Shown piece after piece: positions 28,481 through 39,721 of a stretch of DNA of 64,000 nucleotides. The position numbers and the translations under genes were made by a program. The notes under the pieces are model-generated. The model was not told the DNA's origin, did not search any database, and saw nothing but the letters and a program-made list of their open reading frames with translations. The stretch's first letter is position 1. Each line of letters begins with the position of its first letter. The stretch is taken from positions 1 through 64,000 of the forward strand of contig JBDRNC010000039.1 in NCBI GenBank assembly GCA_043811535.1. The letters are read 5' to 3'. The stretch is from Elusimicrobiota bacterium. GTDB taxonomy: Bacteria; Elusimicrobiota; Endomicrobiia; Endomicrobiales; JBDRNC01.

Positions 28481-29572
28481 ATGAAAACATTGCAAAGGTA
28501 TATCATCAGGGAGTTCGCCGAATCTTTTCTGTTCGGGCTCCTGATTTTTTCCATCATTTTGCTGCTGGACCAGATCTTCCAGCTTATTGACCTGATAATA
28601 AGCAAGGGGGTCCCGGTGCTGACTGCCGGAAAACTGTTTCTCCTGATAATGCCCAATATAATGTCCCTTACGATCCCGATGGCCGTGTTGCTTGCGATAC
28701 TCCTGTCATATGGCCGCCTTTCCGAAGATAACGAGATTACTGCCATGCGCTCATCCGGACTCGGTTATCTGAGCTTTACCGCTCCCATCCTGATCATCGT
28801 GGCGGTTTTAAGCGTGCTGATGATTTATTTCAACCAGAATTTGACGCCTTCAACAAACAGGCAGTTCCGGCAGATGTATAAGGATGTCCTTGCCCAGAGG
28901 CCCCTGGTGAAATTTGAGGATAACAGTATCACAAGCATCGGCGAATACAAGATATATGTAAAAGAAGTTGATAAGCGGACAGACCGCCTGCTTGGAGTGA
29001 ACATCTACAGGTTTTCCGCTGAGGACACGGACGCGCCGTGGCGCATAACGGCCTCTTCCGCGATAGTTTCTGCGGGGGCGCAAAGCGTGGTCTTCTGTCT
29101 TTACCGGGGTTTCTGGCAGAAACCGAATCCCAGCAAGCCCGAAAATCTCGTGCATCTCAATTTCATAAAATATATTTTTTCCATTCCGATGGGAGGCCAG
29201 ATATTGCCTATCAGCCAGTCGCTGCATGAACTGACCGGTAAAGAGCTATTGAATGAAATAAGCGCGTACAGGTCGAAAAAACTGCCGACGAATTTTCTGG
29301 AAACGCAGTACTGGCTCAGGTGGGCTCTCGCGTTCGCCCCGCTGGTGATGGCGCTTGTCGGGATACCGCTCGGCATAGTGCTTGAACGCGGAGGCAAGTC
29401 GATCGGTTTCGGAGTGAGTTTAGCTCTGATATTCGCATACTATATCCTGCTTGTCATCGGATTGAATTTCGGGGAGAAGGGCCTTCTGAGGCCCGGGGTG
29501 ATACTCTGGCTCCCGGACGCGGCGCTGCTGGGAACAGGCGTCTGGCTCTGGAAAAGGATGCTCGGAAAATGA
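28481..29572 (+). CDS. lptF: LPS export ABC transporter permease LptF
   Basis: MK.LQRYI.RE, P.A.LLA.L..YGRLSEDNEITAMRSSG and LVGIPLG motifs; 3+3 TM layout. Confidence 0.9.
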   Translation: MKTLQRYIIREFAESFLFGLLIFSIILLLDQIFQLIDLIISKGVPVLTAGKLFLLIMPNIMSLTIPMAVLLAILLSYGRLSEDNEITAMRSSGLGYLSFTAPILIIVAVLSVLMIYFNQNLTPSTNRQFRQMYKDVLAQRPLVKFEDNSITSIGEYKIYVKEVDKRTDRLLGVNIYRFSAEDTDAPWRITASSAIVSAGAQSVVFCLYRGFWQKPNPSKPENLVHLNFIKYIFSIPMGGQILPISQSLHELTGKELLNEISAYRSKKLPTNFLETQYWLRWALAFAPLVMALVGIPLGIVLERGGKSIGFGVSLALIFAYYILLVIGLNFGEKGLLRPGVILWLPDAALLGTGVWLWKRMLGK

Positions 29573-30648
29573 AATTGATCACGCGTTACGTGACAAGGGA
29601 ATTCCTAAAGCCGCTTTTTTTCAGCATTTTTGCTTTCGGCGGCCTTGTGATGATTTCCGAGTTTTTCAGGGAACTAAATTTTTATCTAGAGAAAAAGGCT
29701 AATTTCATTTTCGTATTCCAGTACCTGATGTTCAATTTCCCCTGGTGGACCATCCAGGTCCTTCCCATATCCGTATTGCTTGCCGTGCTTTTTTCCCTAG
29801 GAAATCTGGCGCGCCATAATGAAATCACGGCGATGAAAGCGGCCGGGGTCAATGTATGGCGGATTTTTTCGGTCATTTTTATTTGCGGCATGCTGCTTTC
29901 CGCGGGAGAAATATTCCTGCGTGAAAAGGTTATTCCGAATTGCGTGAGGCAGGCGGAAAGGATACGGCAGGAAAAGATAAAACAGGAAAGCCAGATGATA
30001 CAGACCGAGTTCAAAAATCTTGTAGTCTCGCTGCCCGGCAACGGCCGCATGACCGTGAATCATCTGAGCGCGAAAACCGGCTTGATGAGCGGCATAATCA
30101 TTGATTATTTTGACAACGCCTTCCACTTGAAGAACCAGATAGTGGCGCCCGATGCGAAGTGGGACGGGACCAAATGGATTTTCGGGTCGGGAGTTGAAAG
30201 GAATTTTACCGGAGACAACTGGAACGAACGGCGTTTTTCCGGGAAACAGCTTTCGCTTCCCTTCAAACCGGAAGATTACATTGAGATAGGCGTAAGGCCC
30301 GAGCAAATGACAACCCCGGAGTTCATCGCATACATAGGACAGCTTGACAAGCTTGGAAAGCCTACGGAGAAGGAACTTATCCAGTTCTATTTGAGATACT
30401 CGTCGGCCCTCAGCCATATAATTGTGATGCTGATAGGGATACCGTTCGCTCTCGGGCTTGGAAGCCGTTTCGGGAAGATAGTCAGTTTCACGTTCGCAGT
30501 GATGTTCGCGTTCATCTACTGGGGTTTTCAGGCCATCGGGCAGTCACTGGGGCAATTCGGGGTTATTTCTCCGATACTGGCGGCTTGGCTGGGCAATATC
30601 ATTTTCGGAATTACAGGCCTGGCTTTGGTGAGTAGAGTTCAAAAGTAA
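29569..30648 (+). CDS. lptG: LPS export ABC transporter permease LptG
   Basis: LP.SVLLA.LFSLG.LARHNEITAMKAAG, LIGIPF and P.LAAWL.N motifs; ATGA overlap with lptF. Confidence 0.9.
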   Translation: MKLITRYVTREFLKPLFFSIFAFGGLVMISEFFRELNFYLEKKANFIFVFQYLMFNFPWWTIQVLPISVLLAVLFSLGNLARHNEITAMKAAGVNVWRIFSVIFICGMLLSAGEIFLREKVIPNCVRQAERIRQEKIKQESQMIQTEFKNLVVSLPGNGRMTVNHLSAKTGLMSGIIIDYFDNAFHLKNQIVAPDAKWDGTKWIFGSGVERNFTGDNWNERRFSGKQLSLPFKPEDYIEIGVRPEQMTTPEFIAYIGQLDKLGKPTEKELIQFYLRYSSALSHIIVMLIGIPFALGLGSRFGKIVSFTFAVMFAFIYWGFQAIGQSLGQFGVISPILAAWLGNIIFGITGLALVSRVQK

Positions 30649-30728
30649 ATGGCTAAATTGCTAAATGGCTGATTGCTAAAGACTTTGTTGTTTTTAGCAG
30701 TTTAACCATTTGGCCATTTAGCCATTTA
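30646..30728. repeat. Inverted pair of 8-bp tandem arrays between convergent stop codons
   Basis: (aaatggct/aaattgct)n followed by the complementary (tttagcca/tttggcca)n. Confidence 0.8.
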
Positions 30729-30730
30729 TT

Positions 30731-32431
30731 TTATCTAACAATTGCCATTTTTCCGACTTTTATCTCGGTATCGGCTTTTACTCTGTAAAAATACACGCCC
30801 GGCGCGACGTCTTCATTGAAATTATTCTTTCCATCCCAATCGTATTCGTATACCCACTTATAATCTGATGACGCTCCTACCTTAAGCGTGAAATACGCCA
30901 CCCCCGCGATTGTTCTTACAAGTTCCCCCGCAAGATTATAAATATGCAGGTATACTTCCCTCGGAGGCCTTGAGAAATGGAATGCCAGTGTCGTCAGGAT
31001 GCCGCTTGAATTCTTTGGATGGTAATACCCAGCGCCGGCGGGATTGGGGTAGTTAATGGTTTTTATCGTGCTGAGGGCCGCGGCGGACGCGAGTTTTGTT
31101 ATTGAAAAAGACACGGATCCGTTGCTGGAAAAGCTGAAATTTGCCAGGGAGATGCCCGTGCTCCGCCCGTTGAAAGCGTTTGACATGGGAGAAGTGAACG
31201 TGTCCCCGGTCTGCCACATGTCTCCAACCTTTGCCGTGGCTAACCCTGTTTCTAGTGTCCGGTCCTTCCCGTCCTTTTCAACCAGGTCTATTCCAAGGTT
31301 TGGGCTTCCCGTGTTAAGGGTGTTGTTTTCCTGCCTTATTGCGTCAAGCGCGATGGTGTCGTCTACGTGCCATATAATAACGCCTGTGGCGGGTTGAGTC
31401 AGGTCATACAGCATTTTATTCGAATCGGCCCTGCGGAATTCCACGATAAAATATTCCTGGTCCGTGCCGACTTCAATTGGTATCTTGAAATACCCGGTTG
31501 TCTGGGAGGTCTCGGTGTCTCCTAATGTGGCGCTCGGCGTAACGCTGTTGATTGTGTTTGCCGAAAGGTCTATCCACTGCAGGTAATTCTTGCTCCAGGG
31601 GTCGATCATGGGAGGATTGGCTCCCGTGTTGTCGAAGCCATAGGCGTAATCCATGAGCGACCACGTTCCGCATGTGGACGCGCCGCCGCTGACTGACGTG
31701 TCGTAAAGGTCGAAAAGGCCCAGCTGATGCCCGTATTCGTGGCAGATGACTGCCAAAGGCGAATTAGAGGGGTTGAGAGTTATCTCGGGGACAACGGTAA
31801 AACCGAGGAAGGTCTTGCCGGCCACGGTGTATTCAAGAGGATAAAACACGGACCACAGGTCGGCATAAGCGCCCGATTCTTCTTCGCCGTTTCCGGCGTG
31901 GTATATCATTACATGGTCATACTGAGAAAAATCGTAAAGGGCTGCCTCGGCCGCTATTTTGCTGTCAGACAATAGTTTTTCAAGATCCGCTTCAGTTTCA
32001 TGGTTATAGTTTGAAATACCGCTGAGAATGTAAGCTTTGGTTAATCCGGTCCCATTGTTTGTTACCGTAGCGGTTACCGTAATTAAACCGTATGAATTTT
32101 CGTAGTAATAATTCCGGACTTTAACGAAAAACGCTTCCGCGTTCGCGGCTGTTGTGAACATTGCGGAATCGGAAAACTCAACTCGTATGACGAGCACTTT
32201 GTATGTCGTCGGAGAAGCAATGCCTTTGCGGCCGGCTTTGCGGATCGCGCCGGAAACTTTAAGCTTTTCCAGCTGGCCCCGGGTCAGCGTCCAGTCAGTC
32301 CTGAATCCTTCAGGCTTGTCTTTGAGAAAAGCAAGGTTTTTAGGCGGAGCGGCGTTGACGCAGGCGGCTGCGAGCAGAACGGCCAGCGCGGCCTGTATCA
32401 GTTGTTTATGCAAGTGTTTTACAGTTCCCAT
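30731..32431 (-). CDS. M6 family (immune inhibitor A-like) metalloprotease with T9SS type A/FlgD-Ig-like C-terminal domain
   Basis: YY.ENSYG, HAG.GEE, HEYGHQLGL.DLYD and WSLM motifs; C-terminus NYPNP...IYNLAGELVR...WDGKN...GVYFY....K. Confidence 0.9.
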   Translation of the reverse strand: MGTVKHLHKQLIQAALAVLLAAACVNAAPPKNLAFLKDKPEGFRTDWTLTRGQLEKLKVSGAIRKAGRKGIASPTTYKVLVIRVEFSDSAMFTTAANAEAFFVKVRNYYYENSYGLITVTATVTNNGTGLTKAYILSGISNYNHETEADLEKLLSDSKIAAEAALYDFSQYDHVMIYHAGNGEEESGAYADLWSVFYPLEYTVAGKTFLGFTVVPEITLNPSNSPLAVICHEYGHQLGLFDLYDTSVSGGASTCGTWSLMDYAYGFDNTGANPPMIDPWSKNYLQWIDLSANTINSVTPSATLGDTETSQTTGYFKIPIEVGTDQEYFIVEFRRADSNKMLYDLTQPATGVIIWHVDDTIALDAIRQENNTLNTGSPNLGIDLVEKDGKDRTLETGLATAKVGDMWQTGDTFTSPMSNAFNGRSTGISLANFSFSSNGSVSFSITKLASAAALSTIKTINYPNPAGAGYYHPKNSSGILTTLAFHFSRPPREVYLHIYNLAGELVRTIAGVAYFTLKVGASSDYKWVYEYDWDGKNNFNEDVAPGVYFYRVKADTEIKVGKMAIVR

Positions 32432-32443
32432 TCGCGGTTATTT

Positions 32444-33961
32444 CTATTGCCCTGCGGGTTTTGGCTCAGCCGGGGCCGGGGTTGAAAGAGCCGGTTGTGC
32501 GGGAGCGGCCTCGGTTGCCGGGGTTATATCCTGTTGAGTTGAAGGGGCATTGCTATCGGCCGGTGCGACGGCCGGGGCTGCCTGTTGAGCGTTTTCGGGC
32601 GCAGCCGGAACGGCCGCGGGTGCCGCCGGAGCGGTAACTTCTTCTTTTGCCTCGGTTTTTTCAGTGTCTTTTACGGCGGGTTTATTCTTTTTGGTTATAT
32701 CGGAACCGTATGCCCTGCCTTTTGTAGAGCCCCACCTGAGCGCCAAGCTTATCTGGTGGTTCCATTCCGGGAGCTGACCGGCGTAGCGGCCAAGCTCGTC
32801 TCCCCAGAACGCGTAATCCATTCTCAAGCCGACATAGGGAATACCGAGCCCGAAGCCGAACGAAGGATAACCGGAATTATAGCCGCCTCTCAGCGATATT
32901 GTTCCCCACCTGAATTCCGCGCCCATGTGTAGTTTCTTCCAGAAACAATCGGAAAGCAGTCTTTCGTCTGAATTGAGTATGTCGCGGACGTCAAAGGCGA
33001 GAAGGACGCGGTCAAGGGTGTTTATGTATTTGCCCGGCCAATAGTAGATTTTTGACGGTATATACGCCGACCCGACGTTCCATTCGGAATTTATCATGTC
33101 AGAAGAAGCTTCTTTCGAGTTTCCCGAGTCGGTATCTTCCACTCTCGCGTATTTTATGGACGTGCCGCCGATGTCAGTTATCTGCAGGCCGTAATTCCAG
33201 CGTTCATTCGGCTGATACAATGTTCCTAAATCCAGCCCGAAGCCGCTTCCCATCTGAATGAGCGGAGAGAAATCCTCGAATTCCAGTATGGACAGCGTAT
33301 CCGATATTTTGCCGCGCTGAATGAACTTTAATGTTCCGCCTACGGATATCTGTCCGGGTATATCGATTTGCGGTACTTTCCAGAAACCCGGTATGCTCGG
33401 GATACTGTTGAATTTATGCGCCACGGGAATGCCTAGGACCGCGTCAATATTTCCCCACATGCTGAGGGAAGGAATTATAAGACTCCTGTTGAATTTAAAG
33501 CCTATGTCCGCCGTAGTGAATGTTCCGACGCCCCATGAGAGAAATCCCGGTCCGGAGATATAGCTTGTGTTGGGAAAACCGAACCTTATATGCGGTTTAT
33601 AAGTCGTTATCTTGTCGTTAATTTCATTAAGCAGGCTGATCTTATCAGCCGTGGCGAGCGTGTCAAAGTCCTTAAGCTTGTCCTGGTTATCGTTGTAGAA
33701 TTCGATGAATTTGAATATATCGTCGCCGATGCCTATCGGGAGCTCAAACGCAGTGAACTGGCTCGCGGATCTCTGCGTAATTCCCGCGGGATTGTAAAAT
33801 ATGGCGTTATGGTCGTCCGCAAGCGCGACGAAAGCGCCGCCCATTCCGAGAGGCCTGGCGCCGCGGATCAGCGCGGGAGTATCCAGGGCTGCCATGCATA
33901 CGGGAACGGACACAAAAATACTGATAATCGCAATAGCCAGTAGTATCGCTGTCTTTCTCAT
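32444..33961 (-). CDS. PorV/PorQ-TraF/FadL-like outer-membrane beta-barrel with Ala/Pro-rich C-terminal tail
   Basis: Signal peptide; GARPLGMGGAFVALADD..AIFYNPAG plug motif; G.G.DLG.LY, HMGAE, LRGG and DYA strands. Confidence 0.8.
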   Translation of the reverse strand: MRKTAILLAIAIISIFVSVPVCMAALDTPALIRGARPLGMGGAFVALADDHNAIFYNPAGITQRSASQFTAFELPIGIGDDIFKFIEFYNDNQDKLKDFDTLATADKISLLNEINDKITTYKPHIRFGFPNTSYISGPGFLSWGVGTFTTADIGFKFNRSLIIPSLSMWGNIDAVLGIPVAHKFNSIPSIPGFWKVPQIDIPGQISVGGTLKFIQRGKISDTLSILEFEDFSPLIQMGSGFGLDLGTLYQPNERWNYGLQITDIGGTSIKYARVEDTDSGNSKEASSDMINSEWNVGSAYIPSKIYYWPGKYINTLDRVLLAFDVRDILNSDERLLSDCFWKKLHMGAEFRWGTISLRGGYNSGYPSFGFGLGIPYVGLRMDYAFWGDELGRYAGQLPEWNHQISLALRWGSTKGRAYGSDITKKNKPAVKDTEKTEAKEEVTAPAAPAAVPAAPENAQQAAPAVAPADSNAPSTQQDITPATEAAPAQPALSTPAPAEPKPAGQ

Positions 33962-33980
33962 AAACTCCCCTTATAGTAGG

Positions 33981-34811
33981 TTATAGATAATCGGTTCCCA
34001 GCGAAATGTCAGTGACATCCACGCCGTTTTCCGCTAATGCCGTCTTGAAGTTGTTGAAAAGCGTCGTAAAATCGTCGTTTATGTTTGAAATCGTCGTGTT
34101 ATTCTTCATTTTAGCCAGGATGACCTGTATCCTTAAGTATGCGCTGGCTATATCTTTCATCGATTCTCTTGCGGCGGATTTGAAAGCGGCGTCAACCGAA
34201 GGAATGGTCCCTACATCGTAATCCGTGCCGAATTCCACGAGACTATTCAGCCGCAATGCCGACCTGAGCATGAGGCAAAACGCGATATTGATGTTGACAT
34301 CGGCGCTGTCATACTTGATTTTTCCGTCAGCCAGGCCTTTGACTATCTTGGGCAGCAGGTTTGATGCCAGCACGACATTTATCGCCGCGTTGATATTGGC
34401 CCTGTTGTTGATGATAGTGTCGGGCAGAAGGTTGTTGCCGGGCGAAGCGTAAACAAGCGAAGATATCGCAGGCGCCAGTCTTGACGGGGCTGACGGTGTC
34501 TCCGATATCATGTTTGAGATAAGGGAAGCGATATCCAGGCCGGAATTCGCAAGCGTGGCGACCGAATAGCCGTATATAGCTTCGGAGTTGTTAGGGTCGG
34601 TTTGAAGTATTTTCGCGTAGTATTCCATCGCCTTGACGTAATCCTTGTTTACAAGGGCGGTGTAGGCGTCGGATGAAAGCGAATCAATCGTCGTTACGCT
34701 TCCGGAACTGTGAGCCCAGGAAAAAATATTGTTTCTCCCGCAGCCCGTGATAAGAATTAGCATGCCAAAGCAAGCAGTTGCGACCAGTAAACGGGTGAAT
34801 CTGCTGTTCAT
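33981..34811 (-). CDS. TPR-containing lipoprotein
   Basis: Start moved to ATG 34811 (GGAGG SD); lipobox ITGC; 'DY.KA.EYY.KIL..DPNN.EA..G' TPR. Confidence 0.75.
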   Translation of the reverse strand: MNSRFTRLLVATACFGMLILITGCGRNNIFSWAHSSGSVTTIDSLSSDAYTALVNKDYVKAMEYYAKILQTDPNNSEAIYGYSVATLANSGLDIASLISNMISETPSAPSRLAPAISSLVYASPGNNLLPDTIINNRANINAAINVVLASNLLPKIVKGLADGKIKYDSADVNINIAFCLMLRSALRLNSLVEFGTDYDVGTIPSVDAAFKSAARESMKDIASAYLRIQVILAKMKNNTTISNINDDFTTLFNNFKTALAENGVDVTDISLGTDYL

Positions 34812-34890
34812 AAAACCTCCTTGAGCACATAAAGCGTTGTGCTTAATTGCCTTATGCGAAATCCCGCATAGCGGGATATTCCTACTCATA

Positions 34891-34918
34891 ACTATAGCAG
34901 TCTACGTTATTCTGTCAA
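34891..34918 (-). promoter_or_regulatory. Sigma70-type promoter of the TPR-PorV-like-M6 operon
   Basis: TTGACA-N16-TATAGT. Confidence 0.55.
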
Positions 34919-34935
34919 CACTTCGCAAATGTGAT

Positions 34936-36210
<1,275 letters not shown>

Positions 36211-36329
36211 TTATTTTAGAGAAATCCTGTTGTCGCCTGCATTCCCCGTTAGATTTTGAAAGGTCTAACGGGATTCATCATTCCTCCATTATTAATTGGT
36301 AATTGCTAATTGGTAATTGTTAATTGACT

Positions 36330-37508
36330 CTATATTCCTGCGTCTTTTTTCAATGCTTTTACTTTATTCAATTCTTCCCAAGTGAATTCCGGGCCTTTTC
36401 TCCCGAAGTGGCCGTATGAAGCCGTCTTGCGGTAAATAGGTCTGCGAAGCTTGAGGTAATCTATTATTCCTTTTGGCGTCAGCGGGAAGTTTTTTCTGAC
36501 GAGTTTGCTGATCTCTTTTTCGGGCATTTCCGAGGTGTTATGCGTGTCTATCATCACCGAAACCGGCTCGGCGACGCCTATGGCGTACGCAAGCTGGACC
36601 GTGCATTTTTCAGCGAGATCGGCCGCGACGATATTCTTGGCTATGTGGCGCGCCATGTAGCAGGCGCTTCTGTCCACTTTCGTCGGGTCTTTTCCCGAGA
36701 AAGCGCCGCCGCCGTGCGACGCGAAACCGCCGTATGTGTCAACGATAATCTTCCTTCCGGTCATTCCCGTGTCGGATTGAGGCCCGCCGATTACGAATTT
36801 TCCCGTCGGGTTGATATGATATTTCGTTCTGTTGTCGATCCATTTGCCGACGACCGGTTTGATTATCGTGTCGATAAGCTCTTTACGGGCCGCGTTTGTG
36901 ATCTTGCTGCCTGTCCTGTCGAGAATGTCCTCGGTGTGCTGCGTTGAAATAACAACCGTGTCAACTCGCACCGGTTTCCCGTTCCGGTATTCCACGGTTA
37001 CCTGTGATTTTCCGTCTGGACCGAGATAGTCGAGTATATTATGCTTCCTGACGTAGGCAAGTTTAAGGGTCAGTTTATGAGCGAGGCTTATCGCCAGAGG
37101 CATGAGTTCCGGCGTCTCTTTACAGGCGTATCCGATCATTAATCCCTGATCACCCGCGCCTCCAGTGTCAACGCCCTGTGCGATATCCGGCGACTGCGAG
37201 TGTATCGCGTTAAGTATGGCGCAGGTTTCAAAGTCAAAACCGTATCTCGGGTGATTATATCCAATTTCTTTTATAATTTTTCTCACAAGCTTGTGGGTAT
37301 CAATGAAAGCCTTAGTGGTTATTTCGCCGCCCACGATAACCAGTCCCATCGTTACGAATGTTTCACAGGCAACGCGTCCCATCGGATCCTGTCTCAAGAC
37401 TTCATCAAGCACTCCATCCGATATCTGGTCGCAGACCTTATCCGGATGACCTTCAGTAACCGATTCTGATGTAAAGACAAAGTCTTTACCTTTGAGCAAT
37501 GACTGCAT
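36330..37508 (-). CDS. metK: S-adenosylmethionine synthetase
   Basis: [30 protein letters not shown] and GGGAFSGKD motifs; start at ATG 37508 after AGGAGG. Confidence 0.98.
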   Translation of the reverse strand: MQSLLKGKDFVFTSESVTEGHPDKVCDQISDGVLDEVLRQDPMGRVACETFVTMGLVIVGGEITTKAFIDTHKLVRKIIKEIGYNHPRYGFDFETCAILNAIHSQSPDIAQGVDTGGAGDQGLMIGYACKETPELMPLAISLAHKLTLKLAYVRKHNILDYLGPDGKSQVTVEYRNGKPVRVDTVVISTQHTEDILDRTGSKITNAARKELIDTIIKPVVGKWIDNRTKYHINPTGKFVIGGPQSDTGMTGRKIIVDTYGGFASHGGGAFSGKDPTKVDRSACYMARHIAKNIVAADLAEKCTVQLAYAIGVAEPVSVMIDTHNTSEMPEKEISKLVRKNFPLTPKGIIDYLKLRRPIYRKTASYGHFGRKGPEFTWEELNKVKALKKDAGI

Positions 37509-37534
37509 TTCCGTCCTCCTTTTTATTTGAGTTT

Positions 37535-38566
37535 TCACTCTATGCTTATTACTGTGCCTTCATACACCGAAATATCTTCCAGCACTTTCGCCTTGTAGCC
37601 TATAATACAGCTGTCAAGGTTCACGTTTTTTGACACGTTGACCCTTTCCCAAAGTATCGAGTTCTTGATATTTGCGCCTTTTCCGATCCTTGAGTGGTTG
37701 CCTATCGTGGTATATTGATTTATTATAGCATTATTTCCTATAAAACAATAGCGTCCTATGACACAAGGAGGCTTTAATTTTGCGCCTTTTTCTATGCGGG
37801 TTCCTTTCCCTATCCAGATGCCGGGCCTTACCTGTTCGCCGGGTATGTCAAGCTTCAATTTGCCGTCCAGAGCGTCCCTGACCCCGCGTTTATACTCTGT
37901 AAGGTTTCCCACGTCCGTCCAGTATTCGCTCATCAAGTATCCGAAGATTCTTTTTCTTCTTTTCAGGAGATCCGGCCATAATTGCAGGCCAAAATCGTAG
38001 AATTTGTTTTTCGGTATATAATTGAAAACCTCGGGCTCTAGAATGTATATGCCCGTATTCACGGTATTCGCGAAAACATCGCTCCATCTCGGTTTTTCAA
38101 TGAATTTCCTTATGCGCCCGTTTTTTTCCGTTAATGTCACGCCGTATTCGAATTTAGAATCGACGGCTTTCAGCACCATTGTTGCCATGGATTTCCGCTG
38201 TCTGTGAAAATTAAGCGCCATATTCAGGTCGATGTCGGTTAATCCGTCACCCGACATTACAAGAAAAGTCGTGTCAAAAAAACTCTCCGTCCTTTTGACC
38301 CCTCCGGCGGTGCCCATCAGCTCTTTTTCGTATGAGTAACTTATTTTCATGCCGAAAGCTGAACCGTCGCCGAAGTAGTTTTTTATAGTCTCAGGATAGT
38401 GGTGCAGGTTCATCATGACCTGATGAATGCCGTGTCTTTTCAGGTTTTCAAGAGTGTGTTCAAGCGCGGGCTTGTTTACTACCGGCACCATAGGTTTGGG
38501 TATGGCGAATGTCAGCGGCCTCAGCCGCGTTCCGGCTCCTGCCGCCATTATAAAAGCTTTCATCAT
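37535..38566 (-). CDS. NDP-sugar synthase (mannose-1-phosphate guanylyltransferase-like) with hexapeptide tail
   Basis: [12 protein letters not shown]...PKP, GTAGG, FIEKP and WTDVG motifs; left-handed beta-helix repeats. Confidence 0.9.
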   Translation of the reverse strand: MMKAFIMAAGAGTRLRPLTFAIPKPMVPVVNKPALEHTLENLKRHGIHQVMMNLHHYPETIKNYFGDGSAFGMKISYSYEKELMGTAGGVKRTESFFDTTFLVMSGDGLTDIDLNMALNFHRQRKSMATMVLKAVDSKFEYGVTLTEKNGRIRKFIEKPRWSDVFANTVNTGIYILEPEVFNYIPKNKFYDFGLQLWPDLLKRRKRIFGYLMSEYWTDVGNLTEYKRGVRDALDGKLKLDIPGEQVRPGIWIGKGTRIEKGAKLKPPCVIGRYCFIGNNAIINQYTTIGNHSRIGKGANIKNSILWERVNVSKNVNLDSCIIGYKAKVLEDISVYEGTVISIE

Positions 38567-38593
38567 CCTTCCTTATTTTTTAGCAGACTCACA

Positions 38594-39649
38594 TCACAAT
38601 TTTGAGAATTTTTTGATTACGGTGCCGTTGCCAAGCGTCGTTTGAGGATTTAATTGTGAATTCGCCTCTATTACGCACTTTTCCCCGATAAGGGCCCCTT
38701 CCAGCCGCGCGCCCTCATGTATGACGGTGCCGTCAAGTATCACCGAATCCGAGATATAACTGCCTGTTCCTATGGATACATTGTTGCCTATACAGACGTT
38801 TCCGTGCAGCTGGACAAAATCAGAAATCCTGACATTGTTTCCGCAGATGACCCTGCCTTCGACTTCAACATGACTGCTCGATCTGAAATTTCTTCCGACT
38901 ATCATTCCGCGCCCGTGTTTTTTCCCCTCAAGCCGCAAATCGATGTTGTTCGAGAGAAGATCAAAATTCGCCTGAAGGTACTTGTCTATAGTTCCAATGT
39001 CAAGCCAGTATCCTTTTGAAACATAGCCGTATAAAGGATATTTCTGACTTAAAAGATTGGGGAAAAGCCCTCTTTCAACGGAAAAATTGATTCCGGGCGG
39101 TATGAAATTCACCGCTTTCGGCTCGAAGATGTATATGCCCGCGTTGATGGTATTGCAGGTAACATCATCCCATGACGGTTTTTCTATGAAGCTCTCTATC
39201 CGGCCGGATTTGTCAGTCTCCACAAGGCCGAAATGCGTGGGATCCTTTACCCTTGAAAGAGCGATAGTGATGAAAGCTTTTTTCTGCTTGTGGTATCTCA
39301 GCATGCCGCCCAGGTCAAGATCGGTTAAAATGTCGCCGTTGAATATGACCGTGGGTTCATCTATGAATTCCGCCGCGTTTCGGATGGCCCCGCCGGTTCC
39401 CATGGGCTCTTTTTCATGCACGTAACGTATTTTCAGCCCCCAGCGCTTTCCGGAGCCGAAATAATTCTCGAATTCGTGCGAGAGGTAAGCCACGCAAAGG
39501 ACCACTTCCCTGATTCCGTGTTTCCTTATCAGCTGGAACTGGTATTCCAGAAAAGGTTTGTTCGCTATAGGAAGCAGGGGTTTTGGTTTATAGCAGGTTA
39601 AAGGCCTGAGCCGCGTACCCAACCCGCCTATTAGTATCAGCGCTTTCAA
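38594..39649 (-). CDS. Second NDP-sugar synthase paralogue
   Basis: [11 protein letters not shown]...PKP, GTGGA, FNGD, FIEKP and WLDIGT motifs; TTG start with GGAGG SD. Confidence 0.9.
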   Translation of the reverse strand: MKALILIGGLGTRLRPLTCYKPKPLLPIANKPFLEYQFQLIRKHGIREVVLCVAYLSHEFENYFGSGKRWGLKIRYVHEKEPMGTGGAIRNAAEFIDEPTVIFNGDILTDLDLGGMLRYHKQKKAFITIALSRVKDPTHFGLVETDKSGRIESFIEKPSWDDVTCNTINAGIYIFEPKAVNFIPPGINFSVERGLFPNLLSQKYPLYGYVSKGYWLDIGTIDKYLQANFDLLSNNIDLRLEGKKHGRGMIVGRNFRSSSHVEVEGRVICGNNVRISDFVQLHGNVCIGNNVSIGTGSYISDSVILDGTVIHEGARLEGALIGEKCVIEANSQLNPQTTLGNGTVIKKFSKL

Positions 39650-39721
39650 TTTTTCCTCCTCCGGATTCTACCGGAGTCCGCCAACGTTTCAGTGGCGGAC
39701 GCCCACCGCAGTTATTAGATT

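Noticed and set aside
28206..28490. 94-aa minus-strand ORF upstream of sprA
   Set aside because: It spans the MITE-like element and promoter region; no domain evidence.
32444..33961. Conjugative TraF / ICE interpretation of the barrel gene
   Set aside because: No relaxase, coupling protein, VirB4 or integrase nearby; the context fits envelope or secretion better.
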